DNA of 64,000 nt from Candidatus Bathyarchaeota archaeon (GTDB taxonomy: Archaea > Thermoproteota > Bathyarchaeia > Bathyarchaeales > Bathycorpusculaceae), in contig CAVZIW010000013.1 in assembly GCA_963775465.1 (NCBI GenBank), positions 32,001 through 96,000 of the forward strand, read 5' to 3'. The position numbers were made by a program, and so were the translations under genes. Numbering within the stretch: position 1 is the stretch's first letter; each line of letters opens with the position of its first letter. Below are positions 49,320 through 59,985 of the stretch, piece by piece. The notes beneath the pieces are model-generated. The model was not told the origin of the DNA, searched no databases, and worked only from the letters and a program-made list of their open reading frames with translations.

Positions 49320-50645
49320 CTAAAAGAAATCCACCATGTTTTTCTGCTCAACCTTTATCTGAGTTGGCTTGCGCTTAATTGTTGGCACTTCTAAACCTAG
49401 CGTTATTTGCCCATAAACGCCATCGTATCCCGGAGTAACTTTTGCGGTGCCATCTCTGACTTTAATGATTGCTTGAGCAATAGAAAAATCTACAATAGAA
49501 GATAGTTCCTCCAATGGAGTGCTAATCAACACAGTGTACTCGTCGCCGAATTTTTCAACCAACAGATTATAGTTTTTCCAAACCACTCGATTTGAAGGCG
49601 ATTCAGTTCCTAAAGCCGCTGAAATTATCTCTGAAAGAGGAAGCAAACGCATAAATCCCGGCGCATCTTGGCGTTCATATTCAGCAGGTCGGTCAGCCAG
49701 CTCTTCAACACGTTGCTCCACGCCTTTGGTCAGTTTCTTGCGACATACCGGACAAATGTTTCCGAATTTTATTGCATCTTGAGGCGAAAAGGAAATTTTG
49801 CAGTATCGATGTCCAGTCCAATGATATTTGCCGTAAGCAGGATCTGTTTCAATTGTAAACTTGAAATGTGCCGGGTTATTACTTCTTACAGCATCTATAA
49901 CATCTTTGTAAGTAAAGCGATCAAGTTCTAGTACATTGGCTTCCCTTCCGATGCGCCATGGCCAAAAACTATGACAGTCACTGTTCGAAACCAAAGTAAA
50001 ATGGTCTAGTTTGCTTAGGCGCCAGTTCATTGGCGGGTCAGATGATAATCCCGTTTCTATTGCGTGGATGTGTTTGGTCATGTCTTGATAACACTCTTCA
50101 ACTGTATCAAAGCCGCTGAACGCTCCAAAAATACTAAACCAGGGCGTCCAAGCATGAGCTGGAAAAACCATGTTCTCATCCGAGACAGCCATCACCTCTT
50201 CCACAAGTTGTGGAGCCGACACGTTAAGGATTGGTCTACCGTCTGAAGATAAATTTCCAAAATGAGTAATTCTCTCGGTAATTTGGAGAGCTGATTCAAC
50301 AGTTGGTGTTAGGATAACGTGATGAATTTTTTTGGATTCACCCTTGAAGTTAAAAATTGTACAGACTTCGGTCTGGAGTATGAAGCGAACAGGTGACTCT
50401 TCGTTGGATAGCTTGAGAAGGTTGCTTTCACCATCAGGGATTAATGATTGCTTGATTTCGTTTAGCCAAAGAGGATGGGTGAAATCGCCAGTGCCCACCA
50501 AGTTTAACCCTTTAACTTTTGCGAACCTTGCAATTGAAGGTAAACTCATTTGTTCACTAGTTGCTCGACTGTATTTACCGTGGATGTGCATATCAGCTAT
50601 GACTTTCAAATCGTTTTCGCCAATGATTAACGTGGTTTTGGGCAA
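49320..50645 (-). CDS. Endonuclease Q (PHP domain + Zn finger)
   Basis: DMHIHGKYSRATS, GTGDFTHP, PAHAWTPW, ETGLSSD, SNSDCHS, GKYH, CPVC, PGYDGVYG. Confidence 0.88.
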   Translation of the reverse strand: MPKTTLIIGENDLKVIADMHIHGKYSRATSEQMSLPSIARFAKVKGLNLVGTGDFTHPLWLNEIKQSLIPDGESNLLKLSNEESPVRFILQTEVCTIFNFKGESKKIHHVILTPTVESALQITERITHFGNLSSDGRPILNVSAPQLVEEVMAVSDENMVFPAHAWTPWFSIFGAFSGFDTVEECYQDMTKHIHAIETGLSSDPPMNWRLSKLDHFTLVSNSDCHSFWPWRIGREANVLELDRFTYKDVIDAVRSNNPAHFKFTIETDPAYGKYHWTGHRYCKISFSPQDAIKFGNICPVCRKKLTKGVEQRVEELADRPAEYERQDAPGFMRLLPLSEIISAALGTESPSNRVVWKNYNLLVEKFGDEYTVLISTPLEELSSIVDFSIAQAIIKVRDGTAKVTPGYDGVYGQITLGLEVPTIKRKPTQIKVEQKNMVDFF

Positions 50646-50677
50646 ATTTTAAGGCTTTGCAAAACATAAGTGATTAC

Positions 50678-51253
50678 TTATTGGGATTTTTCTTTGAGTT
50701 TTAGAGTCCAAGCAGCTAAAGCTTCAACTAATTTCTGAACCAGTTTCCTTGTCTTCTCATTAGTCAATCTACCTTCCGAATCAATGTTGTGAGAAGCATC
50801 AGACAGCATAACTTCAGGTTTATTCACAGGGTGCATGTTGAGATAAATAAAAGATTGCCGCAAATGGTATTGAGCTCTAGAACCGCCGAATCTGCCGATT
50901 GAGGCGCTCATGACAGCCACTGGCTTACTTTCGAGTGGCGAATCAGTTCGGGGTCTTGAGGCCCAATCAATTGCATTTTTTAGAACACCTGAAACTGAAT
51001 AATTGTATTCTGGAGTTGCAATCAACAGGGCGTCTGCATTTTTTATTTTCTCCTTGAACTCTTTGACTATTTGCGGTGGACTCGTTTCAAAGTCTTGGTT
51101 AAAGGGTGGAATGCCTTCTAAATCAAAGTAATTGATTTCCACATTTTCAGGTGCAACTTCTGTTGCTGCGCGGATCAGTGCTCTATTGTATGAACTTTTT
51201 CTTAGGCTGCCGGCAAAAGCTAAAATTGTTATTTTTTCCAAGCCAGAATACAC
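50678..51253 (-). CDS. NADPH-dependent FMN reductase (ChrR-like)
   Basis: GSLRKSSYN, TPEYNYS, LKNAIDWASR. Confidence 0.92.
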   Translation of the reverse strand: MYSGLEKITILAFAGSLRKSSYNRALIRAATEVAPENVEINYFDLEGIPPFNQDFETSPPQIVKEFKEKIKNADALLIATPEYNYSVSGVLKNAIDWASRPRTDSPLESKPVAVMSASIGRFGGSRAQYHLRQSFIYLNMHPVNKPEVMLSDASHNIDSEGRLTNEKTRKLVQKLVEALAAWTLKLKEKSQ

Positions 51254-51380
51254 CTTCTTTGTTGATAAAAGATAAATTACATAAACAAATAAGTTGATTT
51301 AAGTCTACTGTCACCCAAAAAATAAATTTGCTTATTCTTTCTCAATATTCTTTTAAAGCCGCATAGAGAAGGATTAAACT

Positions 51381-51779
51381 ATGCACGAATGGGCACTAGC
51401 TGAAGCGATTCTGACATCCGCCAAACAAATTGCAGAAAAAGAACACGTAACCACGGTTACGGAAGTTACAATTAGAGTTGGAGAACTCCAGCAGGTTGAG
51501 CCTCCAATTCTGAGATTTGCACTTTCACAAATGAAACAAGGAATTTTTGGCAAATCCAAGTTCCGCATACTCAAGGCTAAATCTACGCTTAAATGTAGAG
51601 TCTGCAATACTACATGGCGATATAACACAAAGAAAGTCGATAAAGCAATTTCCGAAGCTATTCATTTTGTCCCTGAGGTGGCCCACACTTACATTAAATG
51701 TCCTAAATGCGGCAGTCCCGACTTTGAAATTGTCACTGGACGTGGCGTCTGGCTTGAGGACTTAAAAGGAGTCAAATAG
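51381..51779 (+). CDS. hypA: Hydrogenase nickel chaperone HypA
   Basis: MHE N-terminus, CRVC...CPKCGS. Confidence 0.92.
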   Translation: MHEWALAEAILTSAKQIAEKEHVTTVTEVTIRVGELQQVEPPILRFALSQMKQGIFGKSKFRILKAKSTLKCRVCNTTWRYNTKKVDKAISEAIHFVPEVAHTYIKCPKCGSPDFEIVTGRGVWLEDLKGVK

Positions 51780-51780
51780 G

Positions 51781-52527
51781 ATGATTGACCCGCGGACAAG
51801 TGTAATTGGCGAACGATTAAGCAAAATAAGTCGAATTATTGCTGTCTCAAGCGGGAAAGGCGGCGTCGGCAAAAGCATGATAGCAACCACAATAGCATTG
51901 TCTCTCGCAAAATACGGTTGCAAAGTTGGCTTATTTGACCTTGACTTTACCAGCCCCTCAACTCACGTTATTCTCGGAGCCCATAACCTGCAACCTACAG
52001 AAGAAAAGGGCCTAATCCCACCTACAATCCATGGATTAGAATACATGTCACTGATCTATTTTGTAGGCGACAACCCAGCTCCGTTGCGTGGAGCAGATAT
52101 CTCAAACGCACTCATTGAGCTGTTGGCCGTTACACAATGGGGGCCACTTGATTTTCTAATTATTGATATGCCACCTGGAATTGGAGATGCAATTCTAGAT
52201 CTTGTCAGGCTTATCGGGCGCATAGAGTTTTTGATTGTAACTACGCCTTCATTGTTAGCTTTTGAAACTGTCAAAAAACAAGTTGCACTCCTCTACGACC
52301 AAAAAATGCATATTATCGGCGTTGTGGAGAACATGAAACAAGACAGGAAACGGGGTGTCGAGAGTGAAACGGGAAATTTAGGGCTAAAATTTCTAGGAGA
52401 GATTCCATTTGATAGTCACATTGAAACCGCCATCGGTAACACGTCGCAGCTGCTTAAAACGGAGGTTGGCAAAAAAATCATTCAAATAGTCAAAACCAAC
52501 ATTCTATCAGAAAAAAAGAAGGCTTAG
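51781..52527 (+). CDS. Mrp/MinD-family ATPase (HypA partner)
   Basis: SGKGGVGKS, DLD, DMPPG, VENM; no C-terminal CPxC. Confidence 0.88.
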   Translation: MIDPRTSVIGERLSKISRIIAVSSGKGGVGKSMIATTIALSLAKYGCKVGLFDLDFTSPSTHVILGAHNLQPTEEKGLIPPTIHGLEYMSLIYFVGDNPAPLRGADISNALIELLAVTQWGPLDFLIIDMPPGIGDAILDLVRLIGRIEFLIVTTPSLLAFETVKKQVALLYDQKMHIIGVVENMKQDRKRGVESETGNLGLKFLGEIPFDSHIETAIGNTSQLLKTEVGKKIIQIVKTNILSEKKKA

Positions 52528-52528
52528 C

Positions 52529-53263
52529 ATGGTTTGTCGAGCATTGATTTTCGATTATGTGGGCACCTTAGTTAACTGCAAAGGCTATACAATGGATGCC
52601 TCACGAGAAAAACTCCACAAGGCATTGATCGCCGAAGGTTTTGCAACAGACAAAGACAAGTTCTTGGAAGCTTACATTTACTCACACGAAAAATACCGCA
52701 AAATCCGCTACGAACAACACCGTGAAGTGACTAATGCTATATGGGTTTCTGAAGCGCTTTGCAGTTTGGGCTTTAGAGTTTCGCCAGATAACTTGAAAAT
52801 TAAAGCCGCTTTAAACGTTTTTTTCAAGGATTTTATTGATGCCCTTGAATTGAGGGTAGGAGCAAAGAGACTACTTTTACAAGCGCGAACACTCGGGAAA
52901 GTGGGACTAATCTCAAACTTCACTTATGCACCCGTCATTTACAGAAGCCTAAGAAAAGTCGGTATAAACCATTTTTTCAATGTAGTTGTTGTATCTGAGG
53001 AAAATGGGCACAGAAAACCTAGCCCCGAAATTTTTCAAAACGCCCTAGACAAACTCGATATAATGCCATGTGAAGCAGTTTACTTCGGAGACAGCCCTAT
53101 CGAAGATATCAAAGGAGCCAAACAAGTGGGACTCAAAACAGTTTTCGTTCCTTCACAGTTTAACAGTCTGAAAGACCTGAAGGAAAAAAAACAAGAGCCA
53201 GATTATATTGCGGCAAACTTATCGGCGATTTCGAAGAAACTCGATGAAATCAGTTCTTTCTGA
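52529..53263 (+). CDS. HAD-superfamily hydrolase
   Basis: FDYVGTL, ISN, RKP, GDSPIED. Confidence 0.88.
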   Translation: MVCRALIFDYVGTLVNCKGYTMDASREKLHKALIAEGFATDKDKFLEAYIYSHEKYRKIRYEQHREVTNAIWVSEALCSLGFRVSPDNLKIKAALNVFFKDFIDALELRVGAKRLLLQARTLGKVGLISNFTYAPVIYRSLRKVGINHFFNVVVVSEENGHRKPSPEIFQNALDKLDIMPCEAVYFGDSPIEDIKGAKQVGLKTVFVPSQFNSLKDLKEKKQEPDYIAANLSAISKKLDEISSF

Positions 53264-53478
53264 AACATGAAATTTAGACTTACCAGCACATCTTAGAATG
53301 GACTAAAAGCAACAGGGATAGAAACTTTTTTGGAAAAATATTTAGGCAAAGTCCCTCAACCCTCAAAAGTACAATATGCACAGAAAAATTAGCGTCTCGA
53401 TTCGCAAAGCAACCAAGTGCTCACAAATTTTTTATACATCTTCAACCGAAAGAATAACGAGTTAAGGAAGAAACGGAA

Positions 53479-54003
53479 TTGTATCCACAAAATCAACCCA
53501 CTGCCGCATATTGGCTATCAATAATTGGTGGCATACTCGGTATATTGGGATCAATAGCATTATTCGCATTTGGAGTAATAGTATATTCTGCGTACAACAA
53601 CGTCTTAGGTTACTACGGCAACTACTATTATGACGGCATATTTTTCGGTTGGGGTTGGTCAATATTTATTGGATTAGGCATATGGACCTTAATCTCATCC
53701 ATAATGATTATTATATTTGCAATCAAACTCAAAGCTAATCCGATCGAACATACAAAATGGGGTATACTCATTCTGGTATTTTCCATAATAGGTCTCGGCG
53801 GAGGAATTCTAGCATTGATCGGCGGTATATTAGCATTAGTCTACAACCCTACACCCCCAGGAACAGCGCAACAATACAATCCACCACCACAAACATACGC
53901 TCCTCCACCACAAAAAACTGCCACAATAGCTTGTCCACAATGCGGAAGAATCGTCGATTCCAATCAAAAGTTCTGCCCAAATTGTGGCAAACAATTGAAC
54001 TAA
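53479..54003 (+). CDS. Membrane protein with C-terminal Zn ribbon
   Basis: TM helices, Pro/Gln linker, CPQCG...FCPNCG. Confidence 0.82.
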   Translation: MYPQNQPTAAYWLSIIGGILGILGSIALFAFGVIVYSAYNNVLGYYGNYYYDGIFFGWGWSIFIGLGIWTLISSIMIIIFAIKLKANPIEHTKWGILILVFSIIGLGGGILALIGGILALVYNPTPPGTAQQYNPPPQTYAPPPQKTATIACPQCGRIVDSNQKFCPNCGKQLN

Positions 54004-54149
54004 ACCAGAAAGCCAATTGTTTTTTGGAAACCAATTTTTCTACTCAAGTCTTACAGAAGGAAATAGACTAACAAAAACTAAATCAAAGGCAGTTTTTTCC
54101 ACTTTCTTATTTTAGATACCCAAAATGGAAAAAACAAAAAAGAAAGAAG

Positions 54150-55382
54150 TTAGATCTTCTTTGTTTGAACAGCGTTTTCCAAAGCTAAAACGCCCGGAAG
54201 TTTTTTGCCCATCAAAAATTCGATAAGCGCACCACCTGCGGTACTAATATAGCCGATTTTCTTGGTTAATCCGTATTCATTGATGGCTGCAATAGTATTT
54301 CCTCCTCCTGCAAGTGAGAAAGCTTGACTATCTGCTATTGCTTCGAAGACTTTTTTTGTACCATAATTGAATTCTTTGTTCTCGTAAACGCCCATTGGAC
54401 CGCTAACAACGATAGATTTTGCCGATAGAATTTTTTTCGAATATGCTTCGACAGTTTTAGTTCCAATATCCAAAAGCGAGTTTTCAGCGGGCAAACTGCT
54501 AACTTCGATTTCTTTGCGAATGCCATCAGCATCCATTGCCACGTCAACAGGAATCATAACTTTGTCACCGAATTGCTCTTCAAGTGCTCTGATTCCTGGA
54601 ATTAAACCTGTCAACTCTTTTTTTTCTAAAAATGCCATGTTTGCTTTGCCAATGTCAACTCCTTTTGCCGCCAAGAATAGCTGACCAGTTACGCCGCCTG
54701 TAAGCACATAATCAGCAATTCCATTTCCCAAGACATACTTACTAATCTCAAGGGAGTCATCAGCTTTTGCGCCTCCCATAACATATACACAAGGTTTTTC
54801 AGGTTTTTCCAATGCTTTGCTAAGCGATTTAAGCTCGCGCTCCATAATTCTGCCCGCTGCAGAAGGCAACACCGCAGTAAATCCAACCATGCTTACGTGA
54901 CCCCGGTGCGCTGCAGCAAACGCATCATTAACAAACAAATCTGCCAAGGGCGCAAGGTTCTGGACGAGATCGGTTTTACTAGCCTCCTCAATGGTCATGC
55001 TTTTAGTTTCTTTATCCCAGCTACGTACGTTTTCTAAAACAAGGATTTCACCGCCTTGCAAACTCTTTATGGCTGCCTTGGCTTTGTCGCCAAACAAATC
55101 ATCAACATACTTCACGGGGCAATTAAGGATTTTTCCAAGAATTTCAGCGTGTTCTTTTAACGGAGTGTAATCAGCGTCGCCTTTGCGGCCTTGATGTGCA
55201 AGTACAACGGTTTTAGCACCTTTCTCAGCCAATTCTTTAAGAGTTGATTCCGCATGCGCTCTGATCCTCACATCACTGTTAACTTTTTTTGTTTGAGGAT
55301 CTATTTCTGAGTTAAAATCTACTCTGACAAGAACAACTTTGTTCTTAACTTGAAAATCATCCAAAGTCTTGTACTTTGCCAT
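54150..55382 (-). CDS. pgk: Phosphoglycerate kinase
   Basis: RVDFN, AHQGR, LENVR, NDAF.AAHR, GGAK, STAGGA. Confidence 0.97.
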   Translation of the reverse strand: MAKYKTLDDFQVKNKVVLVRVDFNSEIDPQTKKVNSDVRIRAHAESTLKELAEKGAKTVVLAHQGRKGDADYTPLKEHAEILGKILNCPVKYVDDLFGDKAKAAIKSLQGGEILVLENVRSWDKETKSMTIEEASKTDLVQNLAPLADLFVNDAFAAAHRGHVSMVGFTAVLPSAAGRIMERELKSLSKALEKPEKPCVYVMGGAKADDSLEISKYVLGNGIADYVLTGGVTGQLFLAAKGVDIGKANMAFLEKKELTGLIPGIRALEEQFGDKVMIPVDVAMDADGIRKEIEVSSLPAENSLLDIGTKTVEAYSKKILSAKSIVVSGPMGVYENKEFNYGTKKVFEAIADSQAFSLAGGGNTIAAINEYGLTKKIGYISTAGGALIEFLMGKKLPGVLALENAVQTKKI

Positions 55383-55451
55383 ATATAATACACCTAAGAG
55401 TTAATACTAAAAAAGAAAGAAAGGATGGATTTAAGTTTGTTTACACTTGGC

Positions 55452-56471
55452 CTAGAGGTTAGCTTTTTTTCCTACCATTTCGATGAATTCTATCATTCGG
55501 TTGCTAAAGCCCCATTCATTATCGTACCATGCGAAGACCTTCACGAAGTTGCCCTTCTCGCCTAAAACCATGGTTAAGCCTGCATCGAAAACGCTGCTAT
55601 AGTTGTTGTGAAGGACATCAGTGCTAACAATTGGATCTTCAGTATACTGCAAAATTCCTTTTAGCTCTCCTTCTGCTGCTTCTTTCATCGCTGCATTGAT
55701 TTCTGCTTTAGTTACATCTTTGCCTAAGATTGCGGTGAGGTCAACAATGGATACGTCTGGAGTTGGCACACGCAAGGAGTAACCATTCATTTTGCCGGCG
55801 CAACTTGGCAGAACTAAACCGATTGCTTTTGCTGCTCCGGTACTGGTTGGGATAATGTTGATTGCTGCGGCTCGTGCACGTCTGGGGTCTTTGTGCACAA
55901 TGTCTTGGATTTTCTGGTCATTAGTATAGCTGTGACAAGTTGTCATGAGTGCCTTTTCCAAGCCAAAGCTATCTGATAACACTTTGCTTATTGGAGCCAA
56001 GGCGTTGGTTGTGCAACTGGCATTCGAAAGAATGTTGTGTTTTTCTGGATCGTATGTATTATCGTTTACGCCCAAAACAAATGTTGCGTCCGGGTCAGTT
56101 GCTGGAGCTGAAATTAGGACTTTTTTTGCTCCTGCAGCAAGATGTTTGCTTGCACCTTCACGATTCGTGAATAAACCTGTGGATTCTATAGCAAGGTAAA
56201 CTCCCAAGTCTTTCCAGGGGAGTTGCGCGGGGTCTCTAATGCTCAGACATTTGAGGTCTTTTCCGTTAACTAAGAGGTCGCTTCCTTTTACTTCAATAGT
56301 TCCAGGAAAGCGCCCATGAACGGAGTCGTATTTGAGCAAATTGCCATTAGTTTTCGCGTCTGCAAGATCGTTGATGGCTACAAAATCAATGTCTGCATTC
56401 TTTTCAATCGCTGCTCTATAGAGAAGACGTCCAATTCTTCCAAAACCATTAATTCCAACTTTTATCGCCAT
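55452..56471 (-). CDS. gap: Glyceraldehyde-3-phosphate dehydrogenase, class I
   Basis: [36 protein letters not shown]. Confidence 0.97.
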   Translation of the reverse strand: MAIKVGINGFGRIGRLLYRAAIEKNADIDFVAINDLADAKTNGNLLKYDSVHGRFPGTIEVKGSDLLVNGKDLKCLSIRDPAQLPWKDLGVYLAIESTGLFTNREGASKHLAAGAKKVLISAPATDPDATFVLGVNDNTYDPEKHNILSNASCTTNALAPISKVLSDSFGLEKALMTTCHSYTNDQKIQDIVHKDPRRARAAAINIIPTSTGAAKAIGLVLPSCAGKMNGYSLRVPTPDVSIVDLTAILGKDVTKAEINAAMKEAAEGELKGILQYTEDPIVSTDVLHNNYSSVFDAGLTMVLGEKGNFVKVFAWYDNEWGFSNRMIEFIEMVGKKANL

Positions 56472-56732
56472 AACAATTCACCTAACAATAAAACTGTAAA
56501 AAGCCACTCTAACAATATTAATTTTCCGACAAAACAGGCTTCATCAAACTATAAAGCCCTCAACAAGAGTAAAAATCATTATTTATGTTTAGAGAAAAAA
56601 CTCCTTTGCATGATTGAAGACAAAGAAATCAGATCTTGACTAAACAAATGTTTTCTTAAACATCTTTGAAGAAGATAGCAAAAATTAAAAGGAGACATAT
56701 CACACATTAAGTAAACAATCGGTGATCAAGTT

Positions 56733-57101
56733 ATGAGTGATTGTGACGTCGCTATCTCTTATGAACCCTTTAAAGAAATTGTGATTATGGAAAAAACCCA
56801 TTTTAACAGCCCTGACGAAATCGCACGCTTCACCTCCATCATTGCAGGGGGTAAATTAGCTGGGCTCTACTGGGTGGACGGCATAGTGTTTTTGTATTTT
56901 CCTCTTACAGCTTCAACGACCGCAGTCGCTAAAGAACTACTTGAAAAACACAAAGTCTATTGGACCTACGTTGGCTATTCAGATATGCCAAAATACACAC
57001 CTACTATTGAAACAAAAGAAAAAATGATCGTGCCCGTTATCGACATATCAGCTGACCCTGTATTGAAGTCAGTTGCGAAGTGGCTGAAAGAACAAAAATA
57101 G
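56733..57101 (+). CDS. Conserved-looking archaeal hypothetical protein
   Basis: 122 aa with GGTGA RBS; YEPFKEIVI, LYW.DG, VPVID. Confidence 0.8.
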   Translation: MSDCDVAISYEPFKEIVIMEKTHFNSPDEIARFTSIIAGGKLAGLYWVDGIVFLYFPLTASTTAVAKELLEKHKVYWTYVGYSDMPKYTPTIETKEKMIVPVIDISADPVLKSVAKWLKEQK

Positions 57102-57116
57102 TTCGAAGGCCAAGGT

Positions 57117-57503
57117 TTGCCAGAAATAGTATTACGAGGCAAGGTGTTTTCAGGCACAGGAAAAGGGAAATGCTTCGTTGACTTGCCATGGGTTCGTCAC
57201 CAACTTGAAAAAGCACTTGACTCTTCTCCTTATTCTGGAACCTTGAATGTTCGTTTGAAAGGAAAAGATATAGAAAACAAATCAATTCTTGAAAACTCCG
57301 AAGGAACAATTGTTGTTCCCCAAATAGGGTACTATCCAGGAATGCTCTTTAAAGCCAAAATCGGTTCTTTACAGTGCGCCGTCGTAATTCCTTTAGTTCC
57401 CAATTACCCAAAAGACCTCTTAGAGGTTATAGCGCCCGTCTACTTGCGCGGCATCCTCAATTTAGTGGACGGAAACGAAGTTGCTATCACGGTGAAGATT
57501 TAG
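57117..57503 (+). CDS. ribK: CTP-dependent riboflavin kinase
   Basis: GKVFSGTGKG, PYSGTLNV, LEVIAPVYLR..L.L.DG. Confidence 0.88.
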   Translation: MPEIVLRGKVFSGTGKGKCFVDLPWVRHQLEKALDSSPYSGTLNVRLKGKDIENKSILENSEGTIVVPQIGYYPGMLFKAKIGSLQCAVVIPLVPNYPKDLLEVIAPVYLRGILNLVDGNEVAITVKI

Positions 57504-58992
57504 TGATTTTTGTTTTCTTTAATGCCGCCATATACTCATCAAAACAGCCGACTTTTTGAAGGTAAGAACCATAAGTTACCAACGCTTTCATGGCTCTTGC
57601 TGCATCCTCAGGCGACTCAAAAGATGGAACACCAAGCTTATCGAAACGGGACCTGGTATATAGCGCCATTTCTGTCTCACCGATATCGCACATAACTATA
57701 GGCTTGGTATAACTTTCAGCGACTTTCACTAGTCCGTCTATGTAAACCTCTCTGAGTCCCGGCATGTGATGTAGCCCAAGAAGAATTATACCACAGATGT
57801 TAGGTTCCTGAAACATCAGATCAGCGGCCATAACAAACATATCATCAGTAACTGAACCAGTGAGGTCAACCGGGTTTGATGTAGCAGCGATCTTTAGGAT
57901 GATATTTTGATCTTTAAGCTCTTGGAATTTTTTCAAAGTCGCGTCAGAGAAACGGTCCACCGTTAGACCCAAAGCTTCACATTCATCAACAGTCATAACT
58001 CCCGGTCCGCCCGCATCAGTCAAGATGCCGATATTTTTGCCCATGGCTGGGGGTTGCATCGCTAAGGCTTTACCGATATCAAAGAATTCTTCCATATCTC
58101 GAGCACGAATTATTCCTCCTTGTTCGAACGCGGCGTCGTAGATCTTGTCTGACCCTGCAATGGCCCCAGTGTGTGAAGCAGCAGCTCTCGCACCAGCAGC
58201 ACTTCGTCCTGATTTGATGACTACAATAGGTTTTTTGGCTGTAACCTTCTTTGATATATTCAGAAATTCCCGTCCATCTTTGACATCTTCAAGATAAACA
58301 AGGATGACTTTGGTTTCTTTGTCATGCAGTAGATAATGGAGTATGTCAGATTCAGTGACATCGCATTTGTTGCCAAAACTAACAAATTTACTGACACCCA
58401 TCTGTCGCCCGGTTAGGTAGTCGAGCGCAGCTACACCAAAGGCTCCACTCTGAGTAATCATAGCTATGTTGCCTGGAAGCGGTCTTGGCGTCGCGACTAC
58501 GTCTTCACCTGTGGTTAAAACCTTGGTTTCGGGCAGAAATAGAGTATCAATACCTGTTTTAGAGTAATAAACTCCAAGGCAGTTGGGTCCTAAGACACGA
58601 ATACCTGCCTTCTTGGCGACCGCGACCACTTGGTCTTCAAGTTCTTTGTTTCCGACCTCCTTAAAGCCCGAACTAATGATTATAGCAGTCTTAACTTTCT
58701 TAACAGCTGCTTCTTCCATCACTGTTAAAACTACCCGAGCAGGAACAATTATTACGACTAATTCTATTTCACCAGGAATTTTAGACAACGATTTAAAGCA
58801 TTTGAAGCCAAGAATCGAGTCTTCATTTGGGTTAACAGGATAAAGAGCCCCTTTGAAAATACCATGTTCCTTGTTAGTGGCAAAGTTCTTAAAAATAACA
58901 TGACCTGCCTTATCGACTTTCTTAGTGGCGCCGATAACTGCAACTGAACGCGGATTAAAAAATGCATCCATTTTTCGAAGCGTATCTACCAT
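57487..58992 (-). CDS. acdA: Acetate/acyl-CoA ligase (ADP-forming) alpha subunit
   Basis: PRSVAVIGA, GPNCLG, TQSGA, AASHTGA (phospho-His), NPVDL. Confidence 0.92.
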   Translation of the reverse strand: MVDTLRKMDAFFNPRSVAVIGATKKVDKAGHVIFKNFATNKEHGIFKGALYPVNPNEDSILGFKCFKSLSKIPGEIELVVIIVPARVVLTVMEEAAVKKVKTAIIISSGFKEVGNKELEDQVVAVAKKAGIRVLGPNCLGVYYSKTGIDTLFLPETKVLTTGEDVVATPRPLPGNIAMITQSGAFGVAALDYLTGRQMGVSKFVSFGNKCDVTESDILHYLLHDKETKVILVYLEDVKDGREFLNISKKVTAKKPIVVIKSGRSAAGARAAASHTGAIAGSDKIYDAAFEQGGIIRARDMEEFFDIGKALAMQPPAMGKNIGILTDAGGPGVMTVDECEALGLTVDRFSDATLKKFQELKDQNIILKIAATSNPVDLTGSVTDDMFVMAADLMFQEPNICGIILLGLHHMPGLREVYIDGLVKVAESYTKPIVMCDIGETEMALYTRSRFDKLGVPSFESPEDAARAMKALVTYGSYLQKVGCFDEYMAALKKTKITKSSP

Positions 58993-59065
58993 ATTCTATC
59001 CCGTCACTGCGCTAAGTCTTACAATCCATGTTTTATGTGTTACTCTAAAGAAAAGTTCTTTTCGG

Positions 59066-59932
59066 TTAAACAATCAACGAAGAGCCTTTCTGCCGCGTTC
59101 TTCTTATTATTACTATGGGCTTATGTCGGATTGCGCTAAGCATTTCCCATGTTACAGCATCAACCTTTACATGGAACCTTGCGGCCATATCCCAAACGGT
59201 GGCACCTGATCCTGCTCCACGAGTTTTGTCGGCAATATTAGTAATTTTCAATGCTTCAGCAGCCTTCAGATTGCAACCAACAGCCGACAATGGCGTTGAA
59301 CTTTTCTTTAATTCTAAAACCCTGCCCGCGACATACGTGAATACCCCTCCAAATGAATGGATCCCCCTTAGAGGTCTCGGTCGCGGAGTGAAGAAAAAAT
59401 TTCGAAACTTGTAGGTCTTGTCTGTATCGGCTATTAGTAAGCAAACGTTTTTCTGCAGTCTCTGTCGGATTTGCTCTCGGATTTTCCATGCTACAGCATC
59501 TGCGTTTTCCAATGGCAAACTCACATAAGAGTAGGCTAGGTTTGAACCATCAATGCCTCCTTCTGAACCAAACAAGAGTGCCTGCCAAATCCCCGCGTAT
59601 TGAAGAGCAACCTGTTTGTGGTAACTGCCAGATTCAAGCGGGTATTCACGGAGCCTTATTAACAGTCGCTGCCCAAAACCACACATTATCCCAAGCGGGT
59701 AACCCCAAAAAAGACGCATCCATAAACTGGCCAAAACCTTGGCCATCAAACCTGATTTTACTCTACTCTCATCAACCATATTGCCAAGCGCCGTCGAAAT
59801 TGCCTTCTCAGACACTACAACAAAATCACCGTCTTCAACTTTGCCTTGGATAGCGGCTATGATTTTCTCTGTGTAGTCGCTATTAGGTTTCCAGTAGCTG
59901 GTCGAAATCGCCAATGAACGATACCGGGTCAT
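59066..59932 (-). CDS. CofE-like (F420-0:gamma-glutamyl ligase family) protein
   Basis: GDFVVVSEKAIS, GGIDGSN, LIADTD; start placed at MTRYR. Confidence 0.78.
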   Translation of the reverse strand: MTRYRSLAISTSYWKPNSDYTEKIIAAIQGKVEDGDFVVVSEKAISTALGNMVDESRVKSGLMAKVLASLWMRLFWGYPLGIMCGFGQRLLIRLREYPLESGSYHKQVALQYAGIWQALLFGSEGGIDGSNLAYSYVSLPLENADAVAWKIREQIRQRLQKNVCLLIADTDKTYKFRNFFFTPRPRPLRGIHSFGGVFTYVAGRVLELKKSSTPLSAVGCNLKAAEALKITNIADKTRGAGSGATVWDMAARFHVKVDAVTWEMLSAIRHKPIVIIRRTRQKGSSLIV

Positions 59933-59985
59933 CTGCTTTGGCACGAATTCAAAGTCAGGTTTTAGCCTAATAAGAGTTGGTTTGC

